From contig CAVVLJ010000004.1 of assembly GCA_963749075.1 (NCBI GenBank), positions 288,001 to 352,000 of the forward strand: a DNA stretch of 64,000 nucleotides, written 5' to 3'. The translations under genes were made by a program, and so were the position numbers. The notes beneath the pieces were generated by a model that saw only the letters and a program-made list of their open reading frames with translations, was not told the DNA's origin and made no database searches. This DNA is from an uncultured Pseudomonadota bacterium (GTDB lineage: Bacteria; Pseudomonadota; Alphaproteobacteria; JACZXZ01). Positions 21,789-31,837 of the stretch are shown piece after piece (the stretch's first letter is position 1; the number at the start of each line of letters is the position of its first letter).

Positions 21789-22948
21789 GCGCCGGAGAGC
21801 CGTCCTTCCCGCTCGGCATCGAGGAGGAGTACCTCCTCGTCGACCGCGGCACGGCCGACCTCATCAGCGAGGCGCCGCCGAGCATGCTCGCCGAATGCGA
21901 GGGGCTCCTCGAGGGCCAGGTGATGCCCGAGTTCCTGCAGTCGCAGATCGAGGTGGGCACGCGCATCTGCAGCACGCTCGCCGAGGCGCGGGACGAGCTC
22001 GCCCGCCTCCGCCGCACCGTGGCCGAGGTGGCCGGGCGTCACGGCATCGCCATCATCGCCGCCTCGACCCATCCCTTCGCCCATTGGGGCAGCCAGCGGC
22101 CGACCAGCAAGGCGCGCTACGAGAGCCTGGCGCGCGACCTCCAGGGCGTCGGCCGCCGCCTCATCATCTGCGGCATGCACGTGCACGTCGGCATACCGGA
22201 CGACGATCTGCGCATCGACCTCATGAGCCAGGTGAGCTACGTGCTGCCGCATCTCCTGGCGCTCTCGACCTCCTCGCCCTTCTGGCGCGGCACCAACACG
22301 GGCCTGATGTCGTACCGCCTCGCCGTGTTCGACGAGCTGCCGCGCACGGGGCTCCCCGAGCAGTTCGACAGCTGGGGCGAGTACCAGCGCCACGTGCGCG
22401 TGCTGGTCGACGCCGGCCTCATCGACGACGCGAGCAAGCTGTGGTGGGACGTGCGGCCATCTGCGCGCTTCCCCACCCTCGAGATGCGCATCACCGACAT
22501 GTGCACCAGGCTCGAGGACGCCCTCGCCATCGCCGCCCTCTATCGCTGCTGGCTGCGCATGTTGTGGCGCTTGAGGCGCGACAACCAGCGCTGGCGGCGC
22601 TATGCCGCCATGCTCATCAGCGAGAACCGCTGGCTCGCCCAGCGCTACGGCTATGCCAAGGGGCTCGTCGACTTCGGCAAGGGGCACGTCGTGGCCTACG
22701 CCGAGCTCCTCGAGGAGCTGCTCGCGATCATCGCCCCCGATGCCGACCACTTCGGCTGCCTCCCCGAGGTGGCGCACGCCCGCACCATCCTTAAGCGCGG
22801 CACCTCGGCCCATTGGCAGATCGCGGCCTTCGAGGAGGCGCGGCAAAAAGGCGCTAGCGAGGCGGAGGCGCTCAAGGCGGTCGTCGCCATGCTGATGCGC
22901 GAGACCCTCTCCGGTCTCGGCGCGGCGGCGCCCGCCGTCGCGGTTTGA
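21785..22948 (+). CDS. Carboxylate-amine ligase (YbdK/GCS2 family)
   Basis: GIEEEY, QSQIE, GMHVHVG, WWDVRP, TLEMR; GTGA overlap with the upstream gene. Confidence 0.92.
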   Translation: MSAGEPSFPLGIEEEYLLVDRGTADLISEAPPSMLAECEGLLEGQVMPEFLQSQIEVGTRICSTLAEARDELARLRRTVAEVAGRHGIAIIAASTHPFAHWGSQRPTSKARYESLARDLQGVGRRLIICGMHVHVGIPDDDLRIDLMSQVSYVLPHLLALSTSSPFWRGTNTGLMSYRLAVFDELPRTGLPEQFDSWGEYQRHVRVLVDAGLIDDASKLWWDVRPSARFPTLEMRITDMCTRLEDALAIAALYRCWLRMLWRLRRDNQRWRRYAAMLISENRWLAQRYGYAKGLVDFGKGHVVAYAELLEELLAIIAPDADHFGCLPEVAHARTILKRGTSAHWQIAAFEEARQKGASEAEALKAVVAMLMRETLSGLGAAAPAVAV

Positions 22949-22973
22949 CGGAGCCGCGCGGCGCCCCACATAT
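22945..22973 (+). promoter_or_regulatory. RpoH (sigma32)-like promoter
   Basis: TTGA-N18-CACATAT upstream of the DUF1244 gene. Confidence 0.45.
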
Positions 22974-23004
22974 AGGCGTCAACGCCTGCAGCGAGGATGA
23001 TGCC

Positions 23005-23313
23005 ATGACAGAGCAAGAGAAGACCGAGACCGTGCTCGAGGCCGCCGCCTTCCGCCGGCTCCTCCAGCACCTCGGCGAGCGCACGGACGTGCAGAACATC
23101 GACCTCATGAACCTGGCCGGCTTCTGCCGCAACTGCCTCTCGCGCTGGTACCGCGAGGCGGCGGAGGAGCGCGGCGTGGCACTCTCGGACGACAAGGCGC
23201 GCGAGCGCGTCTACGGCATGCCTTTCGCGGAGTGGAAGAGTAAGTACCAGAAAGAAACCTCGGCCGAGCAGAAAGCGGCCTTCGCCAAGGCGAACCCGGG
23301 CCACAGTCACTGA
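23005..23313 (+). CDS. DUF1244 family protein
   Basis: LEAAAFRRLLQHL..RTDVQNIDLMNLAGFCRNCL..WY...VYGMP..EWK..YQ. Confidence 0.88.
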   Translation: MTEQEKTETVLEAAAFRRLLQHLGERTDVQNIDLMNLAGFCRNCLSRWYREAAEERGVALSDDKARERVYGMPFAEWKSKYQKETSAEQKAAFAKANPGHSH

Positions 23314-23331
23314 GGCGGGCGATCCTTCGGA

Positions 23332-24204
23332 GTGCGCCGCCTCTTCGCCCTCGTCGCCATGGTCGACTGGTCGGCCGCCAACCGCCCGGGACCGCAGCGG
23401 CCGCGCAAGGATCAGATCTGGATCGCCTGGGGCACGCCGCGTGAGCGGCCGGCGCCTCTCTATTGCCGCACGCGGCAGGAGGCGCTCGGGTTTCTCGAGG
23501 GCTTGCTCGCACGCTGCCGCGGCTCGGCTCTCGTCGGCTTCGATTTTCCCAACGCCTATCCCGCGGGCTCCGGCCTTGGCGGCGGACGCCGGGCCGCGGC
23601 GCGCCTGGCGGAGCTGATCGAGGACGGCGCCGACAACCGCAGCAATCGCTTCGCCGTGGCGCGCGCGCTCAATCGCGCGCTCGGCCGGCCACCCGGTCCC
23701 TTCTGGATGTGCCCGGCGAAGGAGGCGGACGCCGTGCTCACGATGAAGCGGCCGAAGCGGCCGCCCTTCGGCGAGCGCGGCTTCGCCGAGTTCCGCATCG
23801 TCGAGCGCCACTTGCGGGCGCGCGGCAAGTATCCCCATTCGGTGTGGCAGCTCTGCGGCGCGGGCTCGGTCGGCAGCCAGGCGCTCCTGGGTCTGCCGGT
23901 GCTCCACCGCCTGCTCAACGCCCCGGCGCTCGCCCGGCGCTCGCGTCTCTGGCCCTTCGAGACGCGCTGGGACAAGCGGCTCGACGGCATCGTGCTCGCC
24001 GAGAGCTGGCCGAGCCTCTTCTCCCTCGCGGGCCAGCGCCACAAGATCAAGGATGCGCGCCAGGTGGCGGCGGTGCGCGACGCGCTCCTTGCCGCCGACC
24101 GCGGCGGCCGCCTCGGGGAGTACCTCGCGCGCCCGGCGGGCCTGAGCGCTGCCGAGAACCGCATCTGCCTCGAGGAGGAGGGCTGGATCCTGGGCATCCT
24201 CTGA
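23332..24204 (+). CDS. Conserved hypothetical protein, probable RNase H-like fold (DUF429-like)
   Basis: VDWSAA, LVGFDFP, FRIVE, VWQL.GAGSVGSQ, LWPFE, ESWPS, EEEGWILG. Confidence 0.6.
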   Translation: MRRLFALVAMVDWSAANRPGPQRPRKDQIWIAWGTPRERPAPLYCRTRQEALGFLEGLLARCRGSALVGFDFPNAYPAGSGLGGGRRAAARLAELIEDGADNRSNRFAVARALNRALGRPPGPFWMCPAKEADAVLTMKRPKRPPFGERGFAEFRIVERHLRARGKYPHSVWQLCGAGSVGSQALLGLPVLHRLLNAPALARRSRLWPFETRWDKRLDGIVLAESWPSLFSLAGQRHKIKDARQVAAVRDALLAADRGGRLGEYLARPAGLSAAENRICLEEEGWILGIL

Positions 24205-24346
24205 GGCCGCCCTCGCGGCGGTCGGCGCCCTCGAACCTCCTTGTCGCTGGGGCCGAATCGGTACATCCTCGGGGCGAATCCCCCACGGTGAGGGGAATGC
24301 CGGGCCGCTGGAAAGCGGCAACTTGCGGCACGAGGAGGAAAGAGCG

Positions 24347-25582
24347 ATGCGAAACGGAAGAGCTATTTCCGAAGGGCTGACCCGCCGGCGCCTGCTGCGC
24401 CAAGCCGGGATCGCGGGATTGACGGCTTTGAGCGCCCCCGCCTGGGCGCAGACGATGGTGGACTTGCCGTTCCCCGGAGGTATCGGCGAGCGGTCGATCA
24501 CGACCGCCTTCCCGCAGAAGGGTGCCATGGTGCTGCAGCGCACGCGGCCGCCGCTGCTCGAGACGCCGTTCGAGGTCTTCGACAAGGGCGTCTTCACGCC
24601 CAACGACCGCTTCTTCGTGCGCTGGCATTGGTCGGTCATCCCGACGAGCATCGACGCCGACAAATTCCGGCTCAACGTCCGCGGCCATGTGAAGCAGCCG
24701 CTGTCGCTCGCGCTGAAGGAGCTCTTGGCGCTGCCGCGCTTCGAAATCGCGGCGGTGAACCAGTGCTCCGGCAATTCGCGCGGTTTCTTCCAGCCGCGCG
24801 TCCCCGGCGGCGAGTGGGGCAACGGCGCCATGGGCAATGCCAAGTGGACCGGCGTGCGCCTCAAGGACGTGCTCGACCGCGCCGGGGTGAAGCCGGGCGC
24901 GGTGCAGGCCCGCTTCAACGGCCTGGACACGCCGGTCGTGGCGGACGGTCCGGACTTCATCAAGTCGCTTGCCATCGATCACGCGCGCGACGGCGAGGTG
25001 ATGATCGCCTATGCCATGAACGGCGAGCCGCTGCCGCTCCTCAACGGCTTCCCGCTGCGGCTCGTCGTGCCGGGCTGGTATGCGACCTATTGGATGAAGA
25101 TGCTCAACGACATCGAAGTGCTGGACAGCCCGGACACCAACTTCTGGACGAAGACGGCGTACACGATACCGGACACGCCGCGCGCCGACATGAAGCCGGG
25201 CCAGAGCGGGCTCAAGATGGTGCCGATCAACCGGATGAACCCGCGCTCGTTCATCACCAATATCAAGTCGGGTGCCACCCTTCCGGCGGGCAAGCCGGCG
25301 CTGGTCCGCGGCATCGCGTTCGGCGGCGATGCCGGCGTGAAGCGGGTGGACTTCTCGGCCGACGGCGGCAAGACCTGGCACGCAGCGCATCTCGGCAGGG
25401 ACGACGGCAAATACGGCTTCCGGCGCTGGGAGAGGCGTTTCACGCCGACGGCAAAGGGCGACACCACGCTCATGGTCCGCTGCACGAACAGCATTGGCGA
25501 GGCGCAGCCGGCGGAGGCCAACTGGAATCCTTCCGGGTTCATGCGCAACATCATCGAAGCGACGCCCGTTTCGGCTGTGTGA
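24347..25582 (+). CDS. sorA: Sulfite:cytochrome c oxidoreductase molybdopterin subunit
   Basis: Tat signal (TRRRLL), RPPLLETP, FFVRWH, QCSGN, NGFPLRLVVPGWY, WNPSGF. Confidence 0.9.
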   Translation: MRNGRAISEGLTRRRLLRQAGIAGLTALSAPAWAQTMVDLPFPGGIGERSITTAFPQKGAMVLQRTRPPLLETPFEVFDKGVFTPNDRFFVRWHWSVIPTSIDADKFRLNVRGHVKQPLSLALKELLALPRFEIAAVNQCSGNSRGFFQPRVPGGEWGNGAMGNAKWTGVRLKDVLDRAGVKPGAVQARFNGLDTPVVADGPDFIKSLAIDHARDGEVMIAYAMNGEPLPLLNGFPLRLVVPGWYATYWMKMLNDIEVLDSPDTNFWTKTAYTIPDTPRADMKPGQSGLKMVPINRMNPRSFITNIKSGATLPAGKPALVRGIAFGGDAGVKRVDFSADGGKTWHAAHLGRDDGKYGFRRWERRFTPTAKGDTTLMVRCTNSIGEAQPAEANWNPSGFMRNIIEATPVSAV

Positions 25583-25595
25583 GGGGGCTCCGCAC

Positions 25596-25928
25596 ATGAC
25601 GCGCAAAATTCTGCCGCTCGCACTCCTCGCCGGAGTCGCAGCACTCTCGCTCGCGGTGCAGGCGAAGGTCCCGGCCGCGTTGAAGTCGCTCGAGGTCACG
25701 CTGCCGGAGAGCAGCCGGACGCTGCCGGACGGCCCCGGCATGCAGGTCGTGAACGACAACTGCCTCGCCTGTCATTCGGCGGGCATGATCTTGAACCAGC
25801 CGACGATGCCGCAGGCCGCGTGGGAGGCCGAAGTCAACAAGATGCGCAACGTCTACAAGGCGCCGCTCGACGCCAAGGACGTGCCGGCGATCGTCGGTTA
25901 TCTGACGGCGGTCAAGGGCCCGAAATAG
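25596..25928 (+). CDS. sorB: Sulfite:cytochrome c oxidoreductase cytochrome c subunit
   Basis: Signal peptide, NCLACHS, W..EVNKM..VYKAP; directly downstream of sorA. Confidence 0.88.
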   Translation: MTRKILPLALLAGVAALSLAVQAKVPAALKSLEVTLPESSRTLPDGPGMQVVNDNCLACHSAGMILNQPTMPQAAWEAEVNKMRNVYKAPLDAKDVPAIVGYLTAVKGPK

Positions 25929-26043
25929 CCGCCGCCGCCCGCGGCGGCCGATCCCGGTGCTGCGTCTTGCGCGCTGCCCAAGGCGCGGGGTATGACTCCC
26001 GCGTGCGAGCATGAGCACGCGAAGGAAACAGGAGCAGGGCAAG

Positions 26044-26286
26044 ATGCCGGACGTCGGCGGGATCGCTGCCGAGACGCTGCGCTCGTTCGTCGAGCGGATC
26101 GAGCGCCTCGAGGACGAGAAGAAGGCGCTCACGGACGACATCCGCGACGTCTACGCCCAGGCCAAGGGCAGCGGCTTCGACCTCAAGGTGCTGCGCCAGA
26201 TCGTCCGCCTGCGCAAGATGAACAGCGCCGAGCGCCAGGAGCAGGAGACGCTCCTCGACGTCTACAAGCGGGCGCTCGGCATGTAG
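26044..26286 (+). CDS. gapR: DUF2312/UPF0335 nucleoid-associated protein (GapR family)
   Basis: [45 protein letters not shown]...YKRALGM. Confidence 0.9.
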   Translation: MPDVGGIAAETLRSFVERIERLEDEKKALTDDIRDVYAQAKGSGFDLKVLRQIVRLRKMNSAERQEQETLLDVYKRALGM

Positions 26287-26342
26287 GCCGGGTGCGGGCG
26301 CGGGGTGCCCCCTCAGCGGTGGCATTTGGCGCCGATCGGATT

Positions 26343-26450
26343 TCCTCATCCTTCGAGACGGACCTGCGGCCCTCCTCAGGATGAGGAAATCCGCCAGACG
26401 CGGGGGCCGCCTCACCCTGAGGAGCGCGCAAAGCGCGCGTCTCGAAGGGC
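26343..26450. repeat. REP-like doublet (CCTCATCCTTCGAGACG...CTCCTCAGGATGAGG / CCTCACCCTGAGGAG...CGTCTCGAAGGG)
   Basis: Two inverted palindromic units of a second repeat family. Confidence 0.75.
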
Positions 26451-26492
26451 GAGGCGGCGATAGGCGATAGTCCCGCCAGGCCCGCCCCGGGT

Positions 26493-26520
26493 TTGACAGG
26501 GGCCGGCCGGAAGCCCATCT
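26493..26520 (+). promoter_or_regulatory. RpoH (sigma32)-like promoter of the ftsH paralog
   Basis: TTGA-N17-CCCATCT. Confidence 0.5.
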
Positions 26521-26572
26521 TTTGCTGGGGGAAACCTGTTACGGGAGCCGTCCTCGCAGAGGCTCGCAGGCG

Positions 26573-28468
26573 ATGAAACGCATACCTCCATGGCTGAGCT
26601 GGGCGTTGATCGCGGCCTTCCTCGTGCTGGTCATGGTCATGGGCGGCCTGGGGAACGGCGGCGGCGTCCGCGTGGCCGACGTGTCCTACAGCCAGTTCAG
26701 GAAATTGCTCGAAGGGGGCGCGCTCAGCGCGGTGACGCTGCAGGGCGACGAGGCGCGCGCGCATCTCAAGACGGCCGAGCCGCTCGGGCCCAACGGCGTC
26801 CAGGTGGACGATATCGAGACGCGCCTGCCCTCGATCGGCGACCCCTCGCTCATGCCGGCGCTTCAAGCGAAGGGGGTCGAGCTCACCAACCTTCCGGCCG
26901 AGAGCGGCGGCGGCCGCTTCCTCTATGCGCTGGCCCCCTGGCTCGTGCTCATCGCCGTCTACTGGTTCTTCTGGGGCCGCATGTACCGCAACATGGCGGG
27001 CGGCCTCGGCGGCGGGCGCGACGTGAACGACTTCCTTTACGGCTCCGCCAAGCGCGAGGTGAAGAGCACGCAGAAGGTCACCTTCGCCGACGTGGCGGGC
27101 CAGGAAGGCGCCAAGCGCGAGGTCGCCGAGCTCGTGGATTTCCTCAAGAGTCCTGAGCAGTACCGCAAGCTCGGCGCCGAGCCGCCGCGCGGGGTGCTCA
27201 TGGTGGGCCCGCCGGGCACGGGCAAGACGCTTCTCGCCCGCGCGCTGGCCGGCGAGGCGGGCGTACCCTTCTTCTCGATCTCCGCCTCCGAGTTCATCGA
27301 GGTCTTCGTCGGCGTGGGTGCCAGCCGCGTGCGCAAGATGTTCGAGGAGGCGAAGAAGCGCGCCCCCAGCATCATCTTCATCGACGAGCTCAATTCGATC
27401 GGCCGCGTGCGCGGCACCGGGCTCGGCGGCGGACACGACGAGCGCGAGCAGACGCTCAACCAGATACTCGCCGAGATGGACGGCTTCGAGGGCCGCGAGG
27501 CGGTCATCGTGCTGGCGGCGACCAACCGCCCGGACGTGCTCGACCCGGCCCTCCTCAGGCCCGGCCGCTTCGACCGCCAGGTGACGCTCGAGCTGCCCGA
27601 CAAGGCGGCGCGCGCCGCCATCTTCAAGGTGCACGTGAAGAAGGTGCCGCTCGCCGGCGACGTCGATCTCTTAACGCTCGCGGCCGCCACGCCCGGCTTC
27701 TCCGGGGCCGACATCAAGAACCTGGTGAACGAGGCGGCGATGATGGCGGCGCGCGAGGGCAAGACCCAGGTCGCCATGCGCCACTTCGAGGAGATGCGCG
27801 ACAAGGTCACGATCGGCGCCGTGCGCAGCCTCGCGATCCAGCCCGAGGAGCACCACCGCCTCGCCGTGCACGAGAGCGGCCATACCGCGGTGGCCCATTT
27901 CCTGCCCAACGCCGATCCGCTTTACAGGGTCAGCATCATTCCACGCGGCCGCGCGCTCGGCGCCACCCAGTCGCTGCCCGAGCAGGAGCGCCACACGCTG
28001 CCCGAGGACTACTTGCGCGACCGCATCGCCGTCATGCTCGGCGGCCGCACCGCGGAGCGCGAGCTCCTCGGCAGCGTCTCGACCGGCGCCGACGACGACA
28101 TCCGCCAGGCCACGGCGCTGGCCCGCGCCATGGTCTCGCGCTGGGGCATGTCGAGCGAGATCGGCCCGATGGACGTGCGCGACAGCGAGGAGCATCCCTT
28201 CCTCGGGCGCGAGATCGCACAGCCTCGCCGCTTCAGCGACACCACGGCCCACACGGTCGACGAGGCGGTGCGCCGGCTGCTCCTCGAAGGCGAGGAGCGC
28301 GCCGCCCAGGTCATCCGCGAGCACAAGCCCGGCCTCATGAAGCTCATCGCCGCCCTCGAGGAGCGCGAGACCCTCGACCGCGGCGAGATCGAGGCCTGCC
28401 TCGGCGCGGCAGAGCGCCGCGCCGCCGACGCGCGCGCCGATCCCAAGCGCGGCCCGCGTGCGGCATAA
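26573..28468 (+). CDS. ftsH: ATP-dependent zinc metalloprotease FtsH (probable secondary paralog)
   Basis: Two TM segments, [39 protein letters not shown]. Confidence 0.95.
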   Translation: MKRIPPWLSWALIAAFLVLVMVMGGLGNGGGVRVADVSYSQFRKLLEGGALSAVTLQGDEARAHLKTAEPLGPNGVQVDDIETRLPSIGDPSLMPALQAKGVELTNLPAESGGGRFLYALAPWLVLIAVYWFFWGRMYRNMAGGLGGGRDVNDFLYGSAKREVKSTQKVTFADVAGQEGAKREVAELVDFLKSPEQYRKLGAEPPRGVLMVGPPGTGKTLLARALAGEAGVPFFSISASEFIEVFVGVGASRVRKMFEEAKKRAPSIIFIDELNSIGRVRGTGLGGGHDEREQTLNQILAEMDGFEGREAVIVLAATNRPDVLDPALLRPGRFDRQVTLELPDKAARAAIFKVHVKKVPLAGDVDLLTLAAATPGFSGADIKNLVNEAAMMAAREGKTQVAMRHFEEMRDKVTIGAVRSLAIQPEEHHRLAVHESGHTAVAHFLPNADPLYRVSIIPRGRALGATQSLPEQERHTLPEDYLRDRIAVMLGGRTAERELLGSVSTGADDDIRQATALARAMVSRWGMSSEIGPMDVRDSEEHPFLGREIAQPRRFSDTTAHTVDEAVRRLLLEGEERAAQVIREHKPGLMKLIAALEERETLDRGEIEACLGAAERRAADARADPKRGPRAA

Positions 28469-28501
28469 AGGCACTCCGCGAGGAGGAGAGCGAGGCGTGC
28501 G

Positions 28502-28984
28502 TTGAGGGGGCGGCGAAAGCTCGTTGTTCTCGGCGCCGTGGCCGCCGCCGGGATCGCCGCGGCAGCGCTGGTCTGGCAGCGCGAGAGCCACGCCACCTAT
28601 GCAGACGGCGACGCCGGCGACCGGCAACAGGTGGCGCTCGGCGCCGAGGTCTATAAGGCCCATTGCGCCTCCTGCCACGGCGCCCACCTCGAGGGCCAGC
28701 CCAATTGGCGCCAGCGCAAGCCCGACGGGCGGCTTCCGGCACCGCCCCACGACTATCACGGCCACACCTGGCGCCATCCCGACAAGGACCTCTTCGGCAT
28801 GGTCAAGAAGGGCATCGCCGCTTACGCGCCGCCGGGCTATCAGAGCGACATGATGGGCTTCGCGGGCGTGCTGTCGGACAAGGAGATCTGGGCGGTCATC
28901 GCCTTCATCAAGAGCAGCTGGCCGCCTGAATTCCGCACCTATCAGCGGAAAATCACCGAGGGTGCCCGGCCGAGCGGCGAATGA
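28502..28984 (+). CDS. Membrane-anchored or periplasmic monoheme cytochrome c
   Basis: CASCHG, PAPPHD..GHTW.HPD, SDMMGF; N-terminal hydrophobic segment. Confidence 0.88.
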   Translation: MRGRRKLVVLGAVAAAGIAAAALVWQRESHATYADGDAGDRQQVALGAEVYKAHCASCHGAHLEGQPNWRQRKPDGRLPAPPHDYHGHTWRHPDKDLFGMVKKGIAAYAPPGYQSDMMGFAGVLSDKEIWAVIAFIKSSWPPEFRTYQRKITEGARPSGE

Positions 28985-29053
28985 CGGGTCTGCCGCGGTT
29001 GAAAACCGCCGCGGAATCGCCTATGTCTCGATGAACTCGCGAGGAAGGCTCGA

Positions 29054-29347
29054 ATGAAGCGCTCGCTCTTGATTGCCTCGGCGGTGGCGGCGGTGCTGGC
29101 CGGCCAGGCGCTGGCCGAATCCGGCAACGATCCCGCCATCGACGAGAAGTGCTACGGCGTCTCGCCGCACGACGTCTCGGAATGCGGCGGCGACCCGCAG
29201 ACCTGCGCGCGCAACGCGAGCGCAGAGGCGCCGGCCAAGGACGGCGGCGCGCAGGCCGCGAATTCCAAGGCGGACGAGTGGGCCTATGTGCCCCGCGGCA
29301 CCTGCACCAAGATCTACGGCGGCACCCTCACGCCCAAGACGTCCTGA
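29054..29347 (+). CDS. DUF2282 / BufA1-type bufferin precursor-like secreted peptide
   Basis: Signal peptide, EKCYGV...EC...TCA...W.YVP.GTC.KI.GG.L with four Cys. Confidence 0.78.
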   Translation: MKRSLLIASAVAAVLAGQALAESGNDPAIDEKCYGVSPHDVSECGGDPQTCARNASAEAPAKDGGAQAANSKADEWAYVPRGTCTKIYGGTLTPKTS

Positions 29348-29378
29348 GCCGGTCTCTCGACTCATGTGCGCTTGGCGC

Positions 29379-29477
29379 ACCCCCCTCCCTACCCTCCCCC
29401 TCAAGGGGGGAGGGGAATAGCGAGCGGGCTCGATGACTTCCCCCTCCCCCTTGAAGGGGGAGGGCTGGGGTGGGGGT
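29379..29477. repeat. Inverted REP-like doublet (CCCTCCCCCTCAAGGGGGGAGGG variant)
   Basis: Two inverted copies between convergent genes; same variant as 50662-50763. Confidence 0.85.
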
Positions 29478-29517
29478 GACGCTCAATTTCGCGAGAGCTG
29501 GCGCTACGACGCCCCCC

Positions 29518-30234
29518 TCAGAACTTCTCCACCCACGGTCTCAAGTCGAGCTCGAGCGTCCAGGCGCTCCTCGGCTGGCGGTGGAGCTGGTAATAGGCCT
29601 CGGCGATGGCGTCGGGCTCGAGCACGGCGTCCGCCCCGCGGTCCTCGCGGCGATAGCCGGGCCGCTCGCCGGCGATCTGCCCGTCGATGATCGCGTGCGC
29701 CACGTGGATGCCCTTGGGCTGGAGCTCGCGCGCGAGGCTTTGGGAAAGCGCGCGCAGGCCGAACTTGCCGACCGCGAAATTGTGGAAGAGGGCGCCGCCG
29801 CGCAAAGAGGCCGTGGCGCCCGTGAAGAGGAGCGTGCCGCCGGCCCCGCCGGCTGCAGCGCGCGGCAGCATCAGCCTGGCCGCGGCCCGCCCGACGAGGA
29901 AGCCGCCGAGACAGCTCACGCGCCAGGAGCGCTCGAAGTCCTCGAGCGTGGTCTCGAGGATGCCCTTGCGCACGAAGGAGCTCGCATTGTAGACGACGAC
30001 GTGGGGCATGCCGAGCTCCCCTGCCACCTTGTCGAAGAGGCCGTCGACCTCGCGCTCGCTCGTGGCGTCGCACGCATAGGCTACGCCGCCGATCTCCTTG
30101 CCGAGCGGCTCGAGCCTCTCGCGCTGGCGCGCCGCCACAGCTACCCGCATGCCCGCCTTGGCGAAGCGCCGCGCGAGTGCCGCCCCCAATCCCGGCCCCA
30201 CGCCGACGACGACCGCGACCTCCTGCTCAGCCAT
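29518..30234 (-). CDS. Short-chain dehydrogenase/reductase
   Basis: GVGPGLG, YNA, FTGATASLRG, KFGLRALSQSLAREL, ELDLRPW.EKF. Confidence 0.9.
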   Translation of the reverse strand: MAEQEVAVVVGVGPGLGAALARRFAKAGMRVAVAARQRERLEPLGKEIGGVAYACDATSEREVDGLFDKVAGELGMPHVVVYNASSFVRKGILETTLEDFERSWRVSCLGGFLVGRAAARLMLPRAAAGGAGGTLLFTGATASLRGGALFHNFAVGKFGLRALSQSLARELQPKGIHVAHAIIDGQIAGERPGYRREDRGADAVLEPDAIAEAYYQLHRQPRSAWTLELDLRPWVEKF

Positions 30235-30264
30235 GGCAACGGCTCCCTCGATGAATGTCCGCTT

Positions 30265-30792
30265 CTACTTCGACACGAGATCCGCCACGACCGCCATGGG
30301 AATGATCATGCGCATCGTGTCCGTCAGGCGCAAAAAGCCGTGCGCCTCGTAGAAGCGCCGAGCATTCTCGTCGACCGCGTCGACCACGATCATGGACGAG
30401 CCGACGAGCGCCGAATTCTCATACGCCATGCGCATGGCGCGCGCGAGCAGCACGCCGCCGATGCCCTGCCCATGACGCTCCTTGGCGACGGCGAAGCGTC
30501 CGATCAAGGTGGCGCTGACGAGGGGATAACGGGGAATATGCCGGCGCGCCGCCTCGGGCACGGCACCTTGCGCCAAGGCGAAGGCACAAAGCGTAAAATA
30601 GCCTAGAATTTTCTCGGGGGCACCCGGCTCGATTAAGACGAAGACCGCATTGGCCTTGCGACGGATGTCCTGCGAAGCCTGGGACTTGAGATATCGATCG
30701 AGGCTTTCGACGCCGCAGGAAAATCCGCCCCGGTCGTGCTGCCTGCCGAGCGGCTCGACGCGGTAGGCAAAGCCGCCTGCTCGCCGCATCAC
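30265..30792 (-). CDS. GNAT acetyltransferase toxin (TacT/AtaT type)
   Basis: FSCGVESLDRYL, LIGRFAV...GQGIG..LL, VDA...ARRFY...GF; GTGA-coupled to a DUF1778 gene. Confidence 0.9.
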   Translation of the reverse strand: MMRRAGGFAYRVEPLGRQHDRGGFSCGVESLDRYLKSQASQDIRRKANAVFVLIEPGAPEKILGYFTLCAFALAQGAVPEAARRHIPRYPLVSATLIGRFAVAKERHGQGIGGVLLARAMRMAYENSALVGSSMIVVDAVDENARRFYEAHGFLRLTDTMRMIIPMAVVADLVSK

Positions 30793-31100
30793 GGTGCGAC
30801 ACGCTCGCGCTCGCTCTTGAAGGCGCGCTTGAGGCGCCGGTTCGGTTTCGGCGGACGCACGAGAGCCGCGAAGAACGCCCGGCGATCGCGCTCCGAAAGC
30901 ACCAGCGTGTCGTGGCGCGCGATCGTCTCCCGCGCCGCCGCGGCCAGCGCCGTCAGGCAATAGTCGGTGAGCTTGCGCCGCTCGACCGCCGCCGCGCGTT
31001 CCACCAGCCGCTTGGTGTCATGGTCCACGCGGAAGCCTAGCCGCTCGCCGCGCGCGCGGTGCTCCTCGCTGCGTGGAGCCTTCCGGCTACTTGGGGGCAT
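30789..31100 (-). CDS. DUF1778 RHH antitoxin (TacA/AtaR type)
   Basis: RLGFRV...KRLVERAA...LSERDRRAFFAAL..PPKPN..L. Confidence 0.9.
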   Translation of the reverse strand: MPPSSRKAPRSEEHRARGERLGFRVDHDTKRLVERAAAVERRKLTDYCLTALAAAARETIARHDTLVLSERDRRAFFAALVRPPKPNRRLKRAFKSERERVAP

Positions 31101-31410
31101 GGCTTGATCTCCAGCGCGGTTGGAATCGCGCCGTTATGTACGTCCAATGGAATAACAAGTCAATACGGCGTCGGGTCGTCTCTCGCGCCTCGCTCCCCGA
31201 CCTTCCGTGCGGCGGGAGTCCGCTGCAAGGGACACAAGGCAGGATTAGTGCAGCGGGCGGCCGACGGTTCGTAAACCTCTCCCAAGCGCGTTTGGATTGA
31301 CCGGGCATGCCTCGGCGATCTAAAGTGGATAAAGGTCTATCGTAGGGGTATTTAGGGGAATCGCGATTGACCACAATCCAATTCACGCCGGGATAGCGGG
31401 AGGAAATCGG

Positions 31411-31837
31411 ATGCGTCTAATCGCTTTATTGATATCATTCGTCGTGCTCGTTGGACAGCCCCTAACGGGCCATGCCCAACAACTTTCCGCTGTCGGTGAT
31501 ATCCTCGACCACGGCGGTAAGAAGCTGACGAAGGAAGAACTCCAAAGAGTGTACTCTGGTGCCATCATTTCCGGGGTTTCGGCAGGTAAACCTAAAGTTA
31601 CGTTTAAAAACAACTATATGATAGATGGAACAGTGACAGGTGACTCATGGAATAACGGCAAACATTATTCGGTTACAGGCATTTGGTTTATGAACGACAG
31701 TGGTCAAGTTTGCAATACCCTGAATGGGGGAACCGTAAAGGTCTTGCATTTATTATTTCAGTCTCAACAATCGATTCTATGCAGCCCTAACGGATGACCG
31801 CTCGGCTTTGATTTACGAGCGCCAGATCATGCATTAA
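31411..31837 (+). CDS. Low-GC secreted hypothetical protein (DUF995-like); probable +1 frameshift near 31741
   Basis: Signal peptide, LTKEEL...SG, G.W...GQVC. The alternative frame continues SCIYYFSLNNRFYA...IMH* to 31837. GGAGG RBS. Confidence 0.55.

Noticed and set aside
27370-27405. FtsH Walker B region IDELNSIG instead of IDEIDAVG, read as an inactive ATPase
   Set aside because: The catalytic DE, Walker A, SRH and HEXXH are intact; a single substitution may be drift or a base error.
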